32,721 bases of DNA from a virus (Duplodnaviria; Caudoviricetes). Within the stretch, counting starts at the first letter, position 1. Every line of letters starts with the position of its first letter. Below, in pieces: positions 1 to 9,461 of this stretch. A program made the translations under genes and the position numbers. The notes beneath the pieces are model-generated. The model ran no database searches. It was not told the DNA's origin and saw only the letters and a program-made list of their open reading frames with translations. Location of the stretch: the IMG/VR virus record IMGVR_UViG_3300020161_001035, positions 1 to 32,721 of that record; one strand, 5' to 3'.

Positions 1-2150
1 GCCAGAGTTCCAGTTGTTGCGGAATTAAATTCTACAGTATACGAACCTACTGAACCAGATTCATCGATTGAGTAAATATCACCGACTGAAAACCCACATG
101 GTGGTGTTCCGGAACAATCAATAACTTCAACAGTCGAAAGTTGGCGAACGATATAACCATATAGAGTTGTTGTAGTTCCAGAAACTATCTCAACCTTAGT
201 TCTTACTGCTTCGGTGGAAAACGTAACAGCAGGTGCTGTTGAATACCCAGATCCGCCGTTTATGACTATTACGTGTGATATTTCCCCAGTATCTGCCAGG
301 ATTGCTCTAGCAGTTGCAGATGTTCCTGTCGCTGAGGTGAATTGTACTGCAGGTGTTGCAAAATAACCATTACCAGTATCAATAACAGGAGCATACAATA
401 GTTGACTTCCTGATCCCACAATGGTAAGATCAACTGCTGTGCCAAGTGTAGCATTTCCTGCACTCGTAGCAAGTTTAATTGTATTTACATCAACTACTAT
501 GACGAAGTATACAGCGTAATTGGTAAGACCCGTTATAATTGTCCCACCATTTTTATCATAGATAACCACATCACCTGTAGAATACCCATGAGAAGGAACA
601 GTAATAGTATTACTCGTTAAGTTAATACCTGTTGCAGTCGCATATGTTAAACCTGTTAACTTACCAGCAGTAGTTACGATTGGAACACCAGATTGAGTGG
701 TTAGCGTAAATCCAGTAACATTTGGCGAAGTTCCAGTTACAGCAGAAACTCTATATGTGGTTCCTGATGTATATCCAGTGATAGTGCCTGTGGTTGTATA
801 TGTCAGACCTGTTAACGTACCAGCAGTAGTTACGATTGCGGTACCAGATTCAGTTGTTAGCGTAAATCCAGTAACACTCGGCGAGGTACCAGTTACCGCA
901 GAAACTCTATATGTAGTTCCTGTTGTGTATCCAGTGATTGTAGCAGTACCGCCCTTAGTACCAGTAATCCTTACGCGATCATTGACTGCAAGTGTTGATG
1001 CGCCACAAGTAAATTGCCCAGCAGTTCCGGAGACAGCAACAGTCGCTGCCAGAGTTGCAACTCCAGGTGTGCCAGTAATCGTAAGTCGATCACCGATAGA
1101 TAGAGTTGAATTGCCACAAGTAAACTGACCAGCAGCACCAGAAGTAGCAACAGTCGCTACCAGAGTTCCTGCTGTCGTAATGCTACTAAATGTCTTGCTA
1201 GTTTCTCCGACTATCGCCTTGACTTGACCACCAGAAACCAAAGCATTCGCAGAAGCACCAGCGCCTGGAACTCGAATCGTTGCAGTTTTAGGTAAATTTG
1301 TTACCAACTCATAAACTGCAGGGGATACATATGCGAATTTAGTTACATTGCTTATGCTAGTTTCAACAGTTCGCTCATATGTTACTGATGAAATATTCTC
1401 ATAATATGTAATTTTGGCTGTTTTGCTGCTTAGATCAAACGGATTTGCTGTAATGGATGTATCAACTGCAAGTTTTAATGTTATGTCTTCAATCCAAATA
1501 CCATCAGACGCACGAAGCACCTGTTCAGATGGATAAAAGATTTCTGTGCGTTCGTTGTATAAGATTCTAAAGAGAAGTTCGATTGCTTTCTCAGAACCCT
1601 TTGCTTCATAGAACTGCTTGATGAATTTGATTAATCTTCTATCATCAATCTGTGCAGTAAGCGGGAAGTTCTGCGCATACTGGTTCTTAAATTTGGGAAG
1701 GAATGTATCAAGTGTTCTGTTGATATCGAAATTCTTCTCATAATTGAGAAGGAAATTGTTTACCTGATTTTCTTCATCTAGAAACTCATAATATTTTTCT
1801 AGGAACGTAACGAATACAGGATACTCGACACGGACGAAATCTGGAAGTTGGTTTGCAATAAGATGACTTAATGATTCTTTAAACCCATTATAGGCATCAT
1901 CAATATAAACCATGTTCGCAGTTGCTGCAGCACCAGATCCGCTGCCACCTGAAAATGTAATTGTGGGCGGCGAAAGATAATTATAACCTGCAGACGTCAA
2001 AGTAATTGCGGTAACTTTACCACCAGAAACTGTAGCAGTTGCTGTTGCATTCCCGCTGATTGTAACTGTTGGCGCAGAGGTATAACCTGAACCGCCATCG
2101 GTAACAGTTACACTAGCAACCTTCTTATAATATGATGTGGTTTCAGTCAT
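1..2150 (-). CDS. gp7: Baseplate wedge initiator (T4 gp7-like), runs off the left edge of the window
   Basis: Absent from the ORF track. ATG at 2150, read by hand as [23 protein letters not shown]...; contains [47 protein letters not shown] and [14 protein letters not shown] as in gp7 of T4-like phages, plus GGSGYxxAPxVT repeats; lies directly after gp6. Confidence 0.85.
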   Translation of the reverse strand, partial: MTETTSYYKKVASVTVTDGGSGYTSAPTVTISGNATATATVSGGKVTAITLTSAGYNYLSPPTITFSGGSGSGAAATANMVYIDDAYNGFKESLSHLIANQLPDFVRVEYPVFVTFLEKYYEFLDEENQVNNFLLNYEKNFDINRTLDTFLPKFKNQYAQNFPLTAQIDDRRLIKFIKQFYEAKGSEKAIELLFRILYNERTEIFYPSEQVLRASDGIWIEDITLKLAVDTSITANPFDLSSKTAKITYYENISSVTYERTVETSISNVTKFAYVSPAVYELVTNLPKTATIRVPGAGASANALVSGGQVKAIVGETSKTFSSITTAGTLVATVATSGAAGQFTCGNSTLSIGDRLTITGTPGVATLAATVAVSGTAGQFTCGASTLAVNDRVRITGTKGGTATITGYTTGTTYRVSAVTGTSPSVTGFTLTTESGTAIVTTAGTLTGLTYTTTGTITGYTSGTTYRVSAVTGTSPNVTGFTLTTQSGVPIVTTAGKLTGLTYATATGINLTSNTITVPSHGYSTGDVVIYDKNGGTIITGLTNYAVYFVIVVDVNTIKLATSAGNATLGTAVDLTIVGSGSQLLYAPVIDTGNGYFATPAVQFTSATGTSATARAILADTGEISHVIVINGGSGYSTAPAVTFSTEAVRTKVEIVSGTTTTLYGYIVRQLSTVEVIDCSGTPPCGFSVGDIYSIDESGSVGSYTVEFNSATTGTL
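643..941. repeat. Two imperfect ~143-nt direct repeats (period 156 nt) in gp7, module B
   Basis: 643-785 and 799-941 both encode TITGYT(S/T)[14 protein letters not shown](N/S)[26 protein letters not shown]. Confidence 0.9.
961..1167. repeat. Two imperfect ~96-nt direct repeats (period 111 nt) in gp7, module A
   Basis: 961-1056 and 1072-1167 both encode TLxATVAxSGxAGQFTCGxSTLxxxDRxxITG. Confidence 0.85.
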
Positions 2151-2153
2151 CTA

Positions 2154-4040
2154 TTATTCTTGCGAGTTAGCAATTGCAGTAACTGACAGACCCACAGGAA
2201 TATTTGATACTGAATTCGCTGCACTAGTATCCAATGTTAAAACAGTATTCCTAGCAGCGTAAGGGAAAACTGCTGCCGTTGATGAGTTAGTAGTAGATGT
2301 TAGATCTGATGTTAGAATATTTGGAGCATCACCAAAAGGTTCTACATAAACTCTAAATTCTGCTTCCGTCTCAGAATTAATTAAAAGATCTGTAATAGTT
2401 ACAACACCCGTAGAATAATCAACGTTTCCAGTAACAGATAAAAGAATCGTGTCATCTGAAGCTCTCTTCATCGTAAGAGTTCCGATGTCCCCTGCCGTTT
2501 CATCATGTTGGTCTGTTATGTATACAGAATAGTTTTGTCCACCAATGGTTGTATTGAAAGTCGTTGTTCTCAGAGTTTCGGGTTCTAATGGACCATTAAA
2601 TCTTATCACATAATCTTCATAAACTCCCGATAATATCGGTATTTTTTTATGCATTAACACTTGAATACTAGCAGAGAAAATAGACTGGGTCGTTCCAACA
2701 ACTGCGGAAAGCAATTTAGAATAATAAAAGTTTTTCTGCAACTTATTTACATTATTAGTAAAGAAACTTTGCACGATTGCTCTTACTTCGGACTCGATTC
2801 TAGAGGAGGTAAGAGATGTAATTGTTTTGTTGTAGTTGACTGAAATATTTAATCCGATGTATGTTTCGATTGGATCGACGAACTCGGGTTGAATTGAAAC
2901 AACACTTCTTGGTCGAATAATATCTCGAGCAATAATGTCTCTGTCTGCCTGTGAGACTATCGATCCAGGTAATGGTTGAATCGATATAAATACTTTGCCA
3001 TAAACAGGAGGATCATTTTCTTCACCACCCCATACAGCAATAGAATTGATATTATTAAATCTAGATCTGATCAATGTCTCATAATCATCAGAAGTAACAA
3101 CGCGATTTTTAGTGGAATTGAATCTAGGAGCATTATAACGAATACTGTCAACACTTTCTTTTTCACGACCACCAGTTGCAGCTGATGCAAGATAGACTAC
3201 TTTAGTCTCCCCAGATGCAGTAAAAGTTTTTGATGGTGAAAAGTTAGGAATAGAGTTAGCTGCTGATCCGCTACTTACGATATAATCAATGCCAACAATA
3301 TTACCGACCTGTAATTGCTTACCGATAATATCATCACCAAATCTAACTTCATATAATCCTGATGGACCTTCTTCGATAAAGAATGCCTTTGTAGTTTCAT
3401 CGACGTCCATGATGTCATCATAGAAATTCCAAGTTACAACTGATGTGACCGTAGATGATGTCTGCACTCTTACTCTGACGGTAGTAGTATCAATATTTAC
3501 ATTCGGCAGAACAAATGGGCCAGATTTATTAGATTGATCAACAATGAACGTATTAGTTACTCGCTTACCTTCAATCAGTTCCATTGGGAAAGTGAATCCT
3601 GTTTGACCAGTTTCAAGAGTTACTAATCCAGAAACATAGTCCTCTTTTGGAAAGAAAGTATATGTGTTTTTTGCTGTCTTTGCAGTGAACGGTGTATCGC
3701 GTAATATAGTTAAACTTGTATTGGTAAACGTAGAAGGTGGATCAATCTGCAATGTGATATTTGCACGAGCAGATTTTCTAGAAGTTGGCGTATAACCTAA
3801 TGTTTTCGCAATCGAAGTAACCGAGTTTCTTTTAACTGCACTATCGATAAACATTTCATTTGCTTGAAGATGCGCGAGAGTTGCATTATAGTGCGTATTA
3901 TATGCAAGAATATCAAGAAGGATCGTAAGACCAGCGCCATCAAAGTTGTAATCTTGGAACTCCTCTTGTGATTGCATGAAGGTTTTTAGATTTTCCTTGA
4001 TGGTTGCGAAATCTAATTCAGTTACATTAAGTTGAGACAT
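2154..4040 (-). CDS. gp6: Baseplate wedge subunit gp6
   Basis: 628 aa; LNVTELDFATIKENLKTFM, FQDYNFDGAGLTILLDILAYNTHYNA, ANEMFIDSA, RVVTSDDYE, WGGEENDPPVYGKVFISI. Confidence 0.95.
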   Translation of the reverse strand: MSQLNVTELDFATIKENLKTFMQSQEEFQDYNFDGAGLTILLDILAYNTHYNATLAHLQANEMFIDSAVKRNSVTSIAKTLGYTPTSRKSARANITLQIDPPSTFTNTSLTILRDTPFTAKTAKNTYTFFPKEDYVSGLVTLETGQTGFTFPMELIEGKRVTNTFIVDQSNKSGPFVLPNVNIDTTTVRVRVQTSSTVTSVVTWNFYDDIMDVDETTKAFFIEEGPSGLYEVRFGDDIIGKQLQVGNIVGIDYIVSSGSAANSIPNFSPSKTFTASGETKVVYLASAATGGREKESVDSIRYNAPRFNSTKNRVVTSDDYETLIRSRFNNINSIAVWGGEENDPPVYGKVFISIQPLPGSIVSQADRDIIARDIIRPRSVVSIQPEFVDPIETYIGLNISVNYNKTITSLTSSRIESEVRAIVQSFFTNNVNKLQKNFYYSKLLSAVVGTTQSIFSASIQVLMHKKIPILSGVYEDYVIRFNGPLEPETLRTTTFNTTIGGQNYSVYITDQHDETAGDIGTLTMKRASDDTILLSVTGNVDYSTGVVTITDLLINSETEAEFRVYVEPFGDAPNILTSDLTSTTNSSTAAVFPYAARNTVLTLDTSAANSVSNIPVGLSVTAIANSQE

Positions 4041-4041
4041 C

Positions 4042-4440
4042 TTATCTACTTCTTCTTAGAACAGTTGAAAATGAAACGGGATCCACAACCCCGACAACAT
4101 AAAAATATATAGATACATTAAACGCATTCTGGTCAAAAAGTGGCACAACATCTATCTGTTGCGATCTAACTCTGGGTTCATACTTATTAATTAATAACTC
4201 TAATCTTAATTTCAAAGAATTGGCAGTAACAATATCAACGTTCTCAAACATCATACCGTAGATCGGCGAACCAATTTTAGGTTGAAATGGTCTTTCGTAG
4301 AAGTTGGTAAGAACGAGAACTTTCAATGCCTGTTTTACAGCATTGACATCAAACTTCCTCGCAACGTCACCCGTAATTGGATGCATTGCGAAGGATAGAT
4401 CTAGATCCGAGTAGATTCTGTTTACTGTTTTTGTTGTCAT
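4042..4440 (-). CDS. gp25: Baseplate wedge subunit gp25
   Basis: YSDLDLSFAMHPITGDV, AVKQALKVLVLTNFYERPFQPKIGS, YEPRV; lies between gp5 and gp6. Confidence 0.95.
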   Translation of the reverse strand: MTTKTVNRIYSDLDLSFAMHPITGDVARKFDVNAVKQALKVLVLTNFYERPFQPKIGSPIYGMMFENVDIVTANSLKLRLELLINKYEPRVRSQQIDVVPLFDQNAFNVSIYFYVVGVVDPVSFSTVLRRSR

Positions 4441-4445
4441 ATAGT

Positions 4446-4453
4446 TATTTATA
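4446..4453 (-). promoter_or_regulatory. T4-type late promoter TATAAATA for gp25-gp6-gp7
   Basis: Exact TATAAATA on the minus strand, 5 nt before the gp25 ATG. Confidence 0.8.
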
Positions 4454-4460
4454 TCAGATT

Positions 4461-7400
4461 CTAGACGACTTGCCTAAACCCAGATTTATAAACCATACCT
4501 TTACCACCTGGTGTTGCTGTAAGCGTTTGTCCTCTTTGTTTTCCATCTCTGTTCGTGTATCCAATATGAATCCAAACACTGCCACGGGCATTTCTTTCCA
4601 AGATTATCTGATCATATCCATTCAAATTTGATGCTGCCCACCGACAAACATCAATATACTGTTTTGGATTCAAGTTAGGGAAACTTAAATCAGCAGCAGA
4701 TCCCCAACCATGCGCATTGGTATCCAGTTTTGTTTTTGTGCCATCTGGATAATACTTTCTAAATCCACAAGACCATGATACTTTACCGTACTTATCGAAT
4801 AATGGTTCGATGACATTAACCGCAAGACAACGAAGATTATTCAATATTTCATATTCATTTTGTTTACTTCCTGGTGATTTATGCCCACGAAGATCAGCAG
4901 CACCATTAGGGCAACCATCCCTGCCATTACATAATTGTGCCAGTGTTATTCTCGAGGAAATTTTTAAAGTACCATCATATTTTTGTCCCTGTTGAGGAAG
5001 AGGTGGAAGTTTCACTCCCTTCAATGTATTACAATCTTTTGATGGAATTCCACTTTTTCCAGCTGGCGGAGGATAGGAAGTAGTACCATCGCCTGATGTT
5101 CCGCCTGATGTATCAGACGAAGTGCTCGTTGAAGGATCTCCATTGTTGACGCAATCTTCACCACCTTCAGCACCAGAAAGTTGCCCTTCAACATTACCAT
5201 TTTCATCAGGTTCACCACCATCAGTATTCATACTACTGTTTTCGCCACTATATCCAGTCTTAACAGCATCATTTGTTCTCTCGACAGGTTGTGGCGCAGA
5301 TAGAGAAACAGGTTTTTCTAATTCATATGTCACTGGAAGTTTTGCTGCTACTGCACAGATTGCATCTTCAGCAGAACCAGCAGAACCAGCAGACGCAGGA
5401 ACTGTGATAGATGCAGTGGTATTACCCTTTATATCGGTAGTATCATCTGGAGTATTATGTGTTCCCTTGAGATTTGTGGTTCCTGCATTCAATGTAGTAA
5501 TATTTGCAGTTGTAACATCAAGAGTTGCTGTATCAATTGGCGAAGAAGTAACCAGTGGTGCCTTCAAACTGATATTTCCTGTACTTTCTGCATTAATAGT
5601 TCCAGCAGATTTAATATTAACATTACCAGTTGCTTCTTGATTGATCATCGCAGCAGATTTAATATTAACATTACCAGTTGCTTCTTGATTGATCATCGCA
5701 GCGGTTTTCAAGTTAATATCACCAGTAGATTTAGCAAGAATTTCTGCATCAGTACATAGGTTCATGTTACCAGTTGAATGATTGAAAAATGCTCCGCCAG
5801 ATTTGATATGCGTATTAACCTTGGATGATAGATTCAATCCTGCGACTGTTGTTAGGTTATATTTACCTGTAGTTTTGGTAGTTACTGCTCCTGTTATTTC
5901 AGCGTCAACCTTACCTTCATTCTTAACAGAAATGTCACCTTCGTTTCTGAGGTAGATACCATCTTGTACTGAAAGACCAAGCGATCCGCCAATGTTGACA
6001 TTAACATCATTATGGATATCAAGACTGACTTTACCATGCATAGTTAATGCGGTATCATTCATGATGAACACATTACATTGCCCTGCGATATGGACATTGG
6101 CATTACCCTCAATAAGGACATACCCGTCTTTTTCTATTATGGAATAACCATTACCGATAATTTTATTTACCTGAGTTCCATCTGGTCCAGTCTCCGTAAA
6201 GGTTCCTGATCTGTGAGCAATATTCAATCGCTCGAATCCAGGAGTGTCATCGATTTCTAATGCGTGACCAGATTCACCTGCAAAAACTTTGTTAAACGGA
6301 TACTTTGCAGCATACGGAGTTGCTGGTTGTTCCCATGTAGAACCAGAACGACCCGCCATCTTTACCGCACGTTTTCTCGATGCGTTCCTTGCTGCTGGCG
6401 AAGAACCTAATGACTGAGAAGATTTATCGCCCGCAGATGTTCTTGGGTCTGGGTTAATTCCAGGGGAATTGATACCAAGCGCAAGAGTATTAGTATCTGG
6501 TTTGTTTACGTAGTCTGGTTTTGGATAGTTCTTCTTTGGGTCTTTGAATCCTTTGCCATCTTCCTTAGCAATATTAGTATTTTCATTTGTTGGAAGATTT
6601 TCTGCGTCTGGTGCATTGACTGCAGTATTTACTGCATCAGCTGCCTGCGCAGGATGAGAAATACCATTATCAATAGTTGATTTTGGTTGTTCCTTTAATG
6701 GTGCTTCTACTTTCTCGACAATCTTTCCTTGGGACACTGTTCCATCTGATTCCGTGGTTGTTGTTATTGTAGTAACAGCACCTGATGGTTGTAGTGTTGA
6801 AACAGAAGAAGTGGAACTACCATCTGATGCAGTTTGTGTTGATTGAGAAACAGCAGCAGACATACTTGCAGTATCTGAAGTAAAGTTTAATAGGATCTCA
6901 TTTTTTGCTGAGACACATGCGACATATGTAAATGTCAATTTTGATCTATCTGCTTCTCGTGCCTTAGTATCAAGTTGCTTGATCAGAGTTTCTACATCGG
7001 CCGGATCATCAAACGCAATAGTCTTATTACTTTCTGCGTCATCTGCTGCAGAATTTTTATCTGTGCTTGCTAATTCTTGGACAGAACCTGCAATGGAAGG
7101 ATAGGTTCCAATCAACCAATCTGTAGTATCATCAATAGCAAGTAACCAAGTACCGAAAGAAGGTCTGTTATGTAAAGAATCGCGTTCTGTTAATGACAGT
7201 CGAGTAAGTGTCGTTATTGCTGCAGCAGATAATGCGCTTGAATCTTTATTGGTACCAGCGAATAACTCTCTATTATTTTCAATTTTATCTACAATACGAA
7301 GAGTATACGTTTCGGTGCCAACATGTTCTGCAGTAATTTGTATTCCGTTTTGAGTAAAATCATATGGATTGGCTACTGATGAAGATGCAGATGCAGATGC

Positions 7401-9458
7401 AGGCGCAGGAGTGCTCTTAATTCCTGTCACAACCTTTGCAGATATAGTTCCTGTTGGCGTTAGTTCATAAGTAATTGATCCATTATTGATTGTTCTAACA
7501 ATCTTTTTGGGAACTTCCTTTGTTTCCAATGGAGAATTAGATGTTGCTGCAGTCTCTACTGTAGTCTCGCCTACTATTTTTGGTTTTTCAGTGGGAACAA
7601 CATAAACTGCAGTATCTGCAGCAGATACTGCAGTATCTGCTGTAGTTATTGGTGTAGTTTCACCTGCTGTTGATGGTGTTGCAGGTTTATTCAGTTCTTG
7701 TTGACGTGCCTTTAGAGTTAATCTATATGCAGTTTTAGCACTAAGATTCGAACTTACATCCGTGGGTTCATCCGGATCAACAATTCTTCCATCTTTTAGT
7801 CTTGCCCAACCACCGAATCGATCTATCTCAACGATTTGACCTTGAATAGATGAATTTGCATCTTCGAAATCTGCGGGGTCAGTTGATCCTATTATTAATA
7901 TTTCTCCTGGGACTCCAGGAGGAGTGATTTGTTCTTCCTTGACAATACTGGTCGTTCCAGGAGTCGGTCCTGGAGTTGCAACCTGTTCTATTGGAAGCGC
8001 GACAGCATTAAATCCAACATCAAACCAATATTTAGCAGATACACCATTTGCATCTGTCTTAACATTTCCCCGTAAATAGTTTTGAGTTGCGTCGATATCC
8101 CAACAAATCGACATACCCAATGCGCCAGCAAGAGTCTTTTTATCAACACTCTCATTAATTGCTCTTGAAGTCAGCAATAATTGATATGTGAATTTGAGCA
8201 AATTTACTGCAGCAATATCTTGTAAATGTGGTTGTAAAATGAACGCATCATGCATATTTTTCGGATCAAGAAATCTTGTTCTTGGTGGTTCAGAAGTATT
8301 CGGCGCTTGTAGAGTTAATCTATATGCGGTTTTTGCATCATTGTTAGCATCTATATTAGTGTGAAAATTAGGTTCAACAATTCTTCCATCTTTGAGTTTT
8401 GCCCATAATGGTATTTCATCCGCATCTATCTCGACGATTTGATCTTGAATATCTGGATGTGCGCGTAAGAAATCTGCAGGATCAGTTGATATTCTCTTAA
8501 CTGGTTGTGCTGGTGTTACAATTATTTCTGATTTGATTTCCGGATGACAAGAAACATTAAATCTTGAATCTGAACCATTAATAATGTGTATGAGCATGTA
8601 GTATAATGCATTATTTCTTGCACTTACAGGCGCTTCAATTATTCTTGTTTGCTTACCGGAATTATACTTCACAAACCGACTATACCAACTTTCATATTCT
8701 TCGTTACCTCTTGATGGTACAGGAATATTTGGTAGATTGTCATTAATCCAGGTGTTCAATTCGCTTCCGAGTATTCCTCCATCAATTAACTGTGTAACAC
8801 CCAGTTTATATACACCATATTCACCATCCGCATGCACGACGTTGAATTTCCACTGATCGCCAGTTGGTGTTACAGCGACTGGTGCAGTAGTTACTGCTGC
8901 TGTTGGTGTTACTGCTGCTGTTGGTGTTACTGTTGATGTCTCAGGAGTATTCGCTGCGTCTAGAGTTAATCTATATGCGATTTTTGCATCATTGTTAGCA
9001 TCTATATTAGTGTGAAAATTAGGTTCAACAATTCTTCCATCTTTGAGTTTCGCCCACAATCGTGGTGTTGTTGCATCTATCTCGACGATTTGATCTTGAA
9101 TATATGGATCTGCATCTTCGAAATCTGCAGGATCAGTTGATATTCTCTTAACTGGAGTATTAACTGTTGTTGCAGTAGTTACTGCTGCTGTTGGTGTTAC
9201 TGTTGCTGCAGTCTCTACTACTGTTGGTGCTGTAGCGGGAACAATATATCCAGGTGAAACGAGTAAATTAAATCCTTGTTTCGGAGTTTCGCCAAAATTA
9301 TATACTCGATTATAATACTGCAGGGTCATGGCGTTCTGAATTTGCTTCAGAAGCGTAACGACATCATCGCGAGTCAGAGAACCAATGGTCTCGTCTTCCG
9401 CCATGTTGATACTGTCAACTGTCGTAAAATATGGAGTAGATGAATCATATTTTTTCAT
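4461..9458 (-). CDS. gp5: gp5 C-terminal part (central spike beta-helix) with a long repeat-rich N-terminal region and a C-terminal M15A-type zinc peptidase domain
   Basis: 1665 aa; gp5 motifs YPKPDYVNKPDTN and WEQPATPYAAKYPFNKVFAGESGHALEIDDTPGFERLNIAHRSGTF, then 8-residue beta-helix repeats; C-terminus NLRCLAVNVIEPL...SCGFR...AHGWGSAAD...YDQIILE...WIHIGY (H-x6-D...H zinc ligands). Confidence 0.85.
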   Translation of the reverse strand: MKKYDSSTPYFTTVDSINMAEDETIGSLTRDDVVTLLKQIQNAMTLQYYNRVYNFGETPKQGFNLLVSPGYIVPATAPTVVETAATVTPTAAVTTATTVNTPVKRISTDPADFEDADPYIQDQIVEIDATTPRLWAKLKDGRIVEPNFHTNIDANNDAKIAYRLTLDAANTPETSTVTPTAAVTPTAAVTTAPVAVTPTGDQWKFNVVHADGEYGVYKLGVTQLIDGGILGSELNTWINDNLPNIPVPSRGNEEYESWYSRFVKYNSGKQTRIIEAPVSARNNALYYMLIHIINGSDSRFNVSCHPEIKSEIIVTPAQPVKRISTDPADFLRAHPDIQDQIVEIDADEIPLWAKLKDGRIVEPNFHTNIDANNDAKTAYRLTLQAPNTSEPPRTRFLDPKNMHDAFILQPHLQDIAAVNLLKFTYQLLLTSRAINESVDKKTLAGALGMSICWDIDATQNYLRGNVKTDANGVSAKYWFDVGFNAVALPIEQVATPGPTPGTTSIVKEEQITPPGVPGEILIIGSTDPADFEDANSSIQGQIVEIDRFGGWARLKDGRIVDPDEPTDVSSNLSAKTAYRLTLKARQQELNKPATPSTAGETTPITTADTAVSAADTAVYVVPTEKPKIVGETTVETAATSNSPLETKEVPKKIVRTINNGSITYELTPTGTISAKVVTGIKSTPAPASASASSSVANPYDFTQNGIQITAEHVGTETYTLRIVDKIENNRELFAGTNKDSSALSAAAITTLTRLSLTERDSLHNRPSFGTWLLAIDDTTDWLIGTYPSIAGSVQELASTDKNSAADDAESNKTIAFDDPADVETLIKQLDTKAREADRSKLTFTYVACVSAKNEILLNFTSDTASMSAAVSQSTQTASDGSSTSSVSTLQPSGAVTTITTTTESDGTVSQGKIVEKVEAPLKEQPKSTIDNGISHPAQAADAVNTAVNAPDAENLPTNENTNIAKEDGKGFKDPKKNYPKPDYVNKPDTNTLALGINSPGINPDPRTSAGDKSSQSLGSSPAARNASRKRAVKMAGRSGSTWEQPATPYAAKYPFNKVFAGESGHALEIDDTPGFERLNIAHRSGTFTETGPDGTQVNKIIGNGYSIIEKDGYVLIEGNANVHIAGQCNVFIMNDTALTMHGKVSLDIHNDVNVNIGGSLGLSVQDGIYLRNEGDISVKNEGKVDAEITGAVTTKTTGKYNLTTVAGLNLSSKVNTHIKSGGAFFNHSTGNMNLCTDAEILAKSTGDINLKTAAMINQEATGNVNIKSAAMINQEATGNVNIKSAGTINAESTGNISLKAPLVTSSPIDTATLDVTTANITTLNAGTTNLKGTHNTPDDTTDIKGNTTASITVPASAGSAGSAEDAICAVAAKLPVTYELEKPVSLSAPQPVERTNDAVKTGYSGENSSMNTDGGEPDENGNVEGQLSGAEGGEDCVNNGDPSTSTSSDTSGGTSGDGTTSYPPPAGKSGIPSKDCNTLKGVKLPPLPQQGQKYDGTLKISSRITLAQLCNGRDGCPNGAADLRGHKSPGSKQNEYEILNNLRCLAVNVIEPLFDKYGKVSWSCGFRKYYPDGTKTKLDTNAHGWGSAADLSFPNLNPKQYIDVCRWAASNLNGYDQIILERNARGSVWIHIGYTNRDGKQRGQTLTATPGGKGMVYKSGFRQVV
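5603..5698. repeat. Exact 48-nt tandem duplication in the gp5 beta-helix
   Basis: cagcagatttaatattaacattaccagttgcttcttgattgatcatcg occurs at 5603-5650 and 5651-5698. Confidence 0.95.
7713..9155. repeat. Three dispersed copies of a ~60-aa module (about 7713-7887, 8310-8504, 8961-9155)
   Basis: Consensus STDPADFxxAxxxIQxQIVEID...WA(K/R)LKDGRIV(E/D)P...NxxAKxAYRLTL; the copies at 8310 and 8961 are highly similar at DNA level. Confidence 0.95.
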
Positions 9459-9461
9459 TGG

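Noticed and set aside
269-1128. Track ORFs 269-472 (-) and 697-1128 (+)
   Set aside because: Alternate-frame and antisense shadows of gp7, which the track missed because it runs off the edge.
4377-5759. Short overlapping ORFs such as 5122-5640 (+) and 5457-5759 (+)
   Set aside because: Antisense or off-frame to gp5/gp25; explained by codon bias in low-complexity sequence.
7713-9155. Diversity-generating retroelement template/variable repeat pair
   Set aside because: No reverse transcriptase in the window, differences are not confined to adenines, and all copies are internal coding modules.
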